From: Phoronis australis
Lineage: Eukaryota; Animalia; Phoronida
Direction: 5' to 3'
Assembly: GCA_002633005.1 (NCBI GenBank)
Contig: NMRA01000380.1
Span: 140,873 to 204,872 of the forward strand
Length of the DNA: 64,000 nucleotides
Position 1 is the first letter of the stretch, and every line of letters begins with the position of its first letter. The notes under the pieces are model-generated. The model saw nothing but the letters and a program-made list of their open reading frames with translations, did no database searches and was not told the DNA's origin. Positions 61,121 through 64,000 of this stretch are shown here, piece after piece. A program made the translations under genes and the position numbers.

Positions 61121-62168
61121 ACAAGTTAGCCCGCAGGAGCACAAACTTATAACGAAAATTACACTGTATGGTAATGGCGGCACCTAATTTGCATAATTAG
61201 TTTTAAAGTTGCATTTTTTAGCTTTCATAAGTAATATTTTGCTCAAGAAGTATTTATAAGAAGTGTACAGGTGAGGCACTTCCCCATTTTAAATGGTGTG
61301 TTGTGATTTCTATTACAAAAATAGACCCGAACTTAACAATTTGACCGCCATTTTGTTTATGCTAATTAGATGGTCAAAAATGTAAAATTCGGCATGGAAA
61401 CAGGGTTAGTTGAATTCGCCATACCTTGATTGTGTGAAAAGTCTTGTTCCCAACTTTTACTAAAAAATGCTTCTAGAACCTTATGCAGGGCATTTTTCTG
61501 GAAATGCGTCTAGACTATATGTCGATGGTTAACTAACAACATCAATATGACCCAGGGGTGTACTTCATGAAAAGGTGAGCGATCGTGTAGATTAACGGAT
61601 TTTACCGACAACATCGGCATGTTTCAATTTGTCCCAAAATTGAGAATATTTGGATCTCTAAAGGGAAATGAGATTTTAACAATCCTGGGACCTGTTCCAA
61701 GAAACTCAAGTTCATTTTTACTTAAGTTTAATTTTTAGATTTGTCTTAATTACCAAACTATAAAACTTCCACATTCGGTAAGTTAGTCAAAATTAAGCCA
61801 AAACGTATGTCAAACAATGAAGTCAAACTTAAGGTCTCTTTCTTGAATTGGTTTTGAGACAAATTTAACTTTTATTTTAAAATTTATAAATATCTAGGAT
61901 TTGTCTTAGCTAAGTCAGCTTTGTTGGAACGAGCCCCTGAATATGATGGTAATTGGATATAACTGCAATCTTTTGACAATCTAGTGGCGACCTTTTGTAA
62001 AATATTGGTGGAAAATCCGTTGCTTCCCCGTCCATTTATACGAGAACCGCTCGTGAATAGGTAAACAAGGCTTGAACAACATCAGGAAATTGCTCTGTGT
62101 GTAGTTAAAATAAAATCTATGACCGTGCTTTTGGTGATTTTTTATCTAAAATAACAGGAAAAGTTTTA

Positions 62169-62660
62169 AAGAGGCATGGAGCGCGAAAGCTCGTTAAAAA
62201 TATCATTTAAGCAATTCCTGACGAAAGTACCATCTCGCAACGTCTAGTACAAAGTAATTCAATTTCCCTTCTGAGGTAATTTCCTGAAAAAATCACAAAA
62301 TTCACGATTTTTTAAATAGGCGTAAATGAAAAATTCTGCGGTTACCACAGAATGTGTACACATAATTTTCCTTCCACTTACGATGAATGCGTGCATAAGC
62401 CCACAGTCAGTTGCTTGAAGTCCTTTGAGTTCAAAGGCTACATTTTCCATGTAAGGTAAATGTACTACATCCATGTCATGCCATACCAAATAAGGAGACG
62501 CGTTTTTGATCGTGTTTTGAAATTTGAAACTAAAAGAAAATGATTTGATATCAACAGAAATTAAAAATCTTTACGAACCAATCCTAAAAATACCTGGTGA
62601 GCAGGTTGAATTCAGAGAAGCTCTTTCAATATTAGAAATTTAGCTGTTTATCGTGTTCCA
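62169..62660. mobile_element. Copy of the TTAA-flanked element at 19176-19830
   Basis: ttaa|agaggcatgg start; collinear similarity with 19176-19690. Confidence 0.6.
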
Positions 62661-64000
62661 GTGCCCTCCAGCACTAAACGGGAGGACTGGTGCTAAATTC
62701 AGTGTAACGTAATGGTGCTCGCTGATGATCAGGGTTCGTCATTACCGCCCGTGATCATTCTTACGTCGGTCATTTCTCGTTTTCCGTTGTAAAGTAATAA
62801 ATCCAATGGCTGCAACGATGTTTCCAAATAGCCAGTCAGCTAAATGGTTGGAGCTGTAACGGTGAACTAGGAATCGCTATCGAAAGCGATCTGACAACTA
62901 AGATTCTAATTTGTGGTCAACACAACACGAAACTTCTGATCACTGAAGAACATGCGGTTCGAAACTTTTTAAACTCAGCCTATTTGTCCAGCACTCACCC
63001 TGTCCAGAGTTACGGACGATAAAAAAGAAACACAATTAAATAACTTAATTTTAAAGTAAACCATAGAAAAAACAATTTGGTGCGTACTAACAGAGCTTTG
63101 TAACAATAGGACTTTATTGAAGAATCAGCCCGCTCAAAGTTACACACAAATTTAGGTGCAGAATGACGGAAAGTAGTCTCATTATTTCACACAACATTGG
63201 ATGTCAATGTCAAGCAGGCAAATTCTAGATCTACAATATATACGCAAATGCGTTCCAGTCTCTCAATAACTTTTTCCGTGCAACGTTTAGCGAGCTGTCG
63301 AGGTATGGCATGTGACGTATTTTGATTTAAAAATAGATCGCAAACTAGTTCTTCCCGGAATCGTCTAATTGAGAAGAAAACCTGTCAGTGTCAAGTCTCA
63401 AACGATATTTGACACGACACTAAGAGGTGCACTGAAAACTGGTAAAGAGAGATTAGTGCAATATGAAAATAATTAATTTTAGTCTTCAGTTCATATTGCA
63501 TGTTGAGACAGCTCAACTCAATTGAGTTTTCCCCCCGGACAGTTTAATCCCGTCGGACCCGCCCACACTACGTCACGAGTGTAAAAATTCATTGAGAGAC
63601 TGTGTGGGGATTGCGATCTATACAAGACTTAGTTGAGTCTCAGGGCTTTCGGGACCGGTCTCGCACACTCATTCCTGCGTTTCAATAACTGAATACAGAC
63701 GTGTCTTCATTAGGACATCTTATTCTGGACCATACACACATTTTTTTTTCACTGTGATATATATTTATTGAAGGATACACAGAACATACAAAGAAATAAT
63801 AAAAAACCCAGAAACCGCGAAGCATTATATCTGGGTTGTAAACAATTCGTAAATGAAACTTATATACATAGAGGTATATACAATTAAGTAGTATCTAAAA
63901 TAAGTATTCCAATACTTAGACATGCTATTACAGATATATAAAAACAAAAATATGTACAGATTCATGTAGGGAAATTAGATGCAACAATATTGATAAACGG

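Overview
Eukaryotic, AT-rich, repeat-dense genomic DNA from a draft assembly with N gaps, most likely a marine invertebrate (species cannot be determined). One protein-coding gene can be reconstructed on the minus strand. It has 11 GT-AG exons between 25032 and 421 that join in phase into a 499-aa N-terminal part of a type I membrane receptor: signal peptide, Cys-rich domain, about three FN3-like repeats and a TM helix. This fits a Torso-like receptor ectodomain, but no kinase exons lie in the window. The ORF track shows only fragments of it. The rest is mostly transposon-derived. Six copies of a non-autonomous THAP-bearing Kolobok-type DNA transposon (TTAA sites, AGGAGAATGCCACCC TIRs) cluster in 30-61 kb. 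One splits a DD35D pogo pseudogene, one splits a LINE RT, and one carries a KolX/P2X7-C-terminal-like fragment. There are also a solo LTR with a 5-bp TSD, LINE remnants, MITEs, SINE heads and minisatellites. A 2.5/4.0-kb tandem duplication joined by a single N is probably a false haplotype duplication. The most striking unannotated signal is an excess of TACATGTA and TACA(C/G)TGTA motifs. Two internal repeat-copy comparisons show TACATGTA arising from a plain TA, as expected for Tc1/mariner-type excision footprints.
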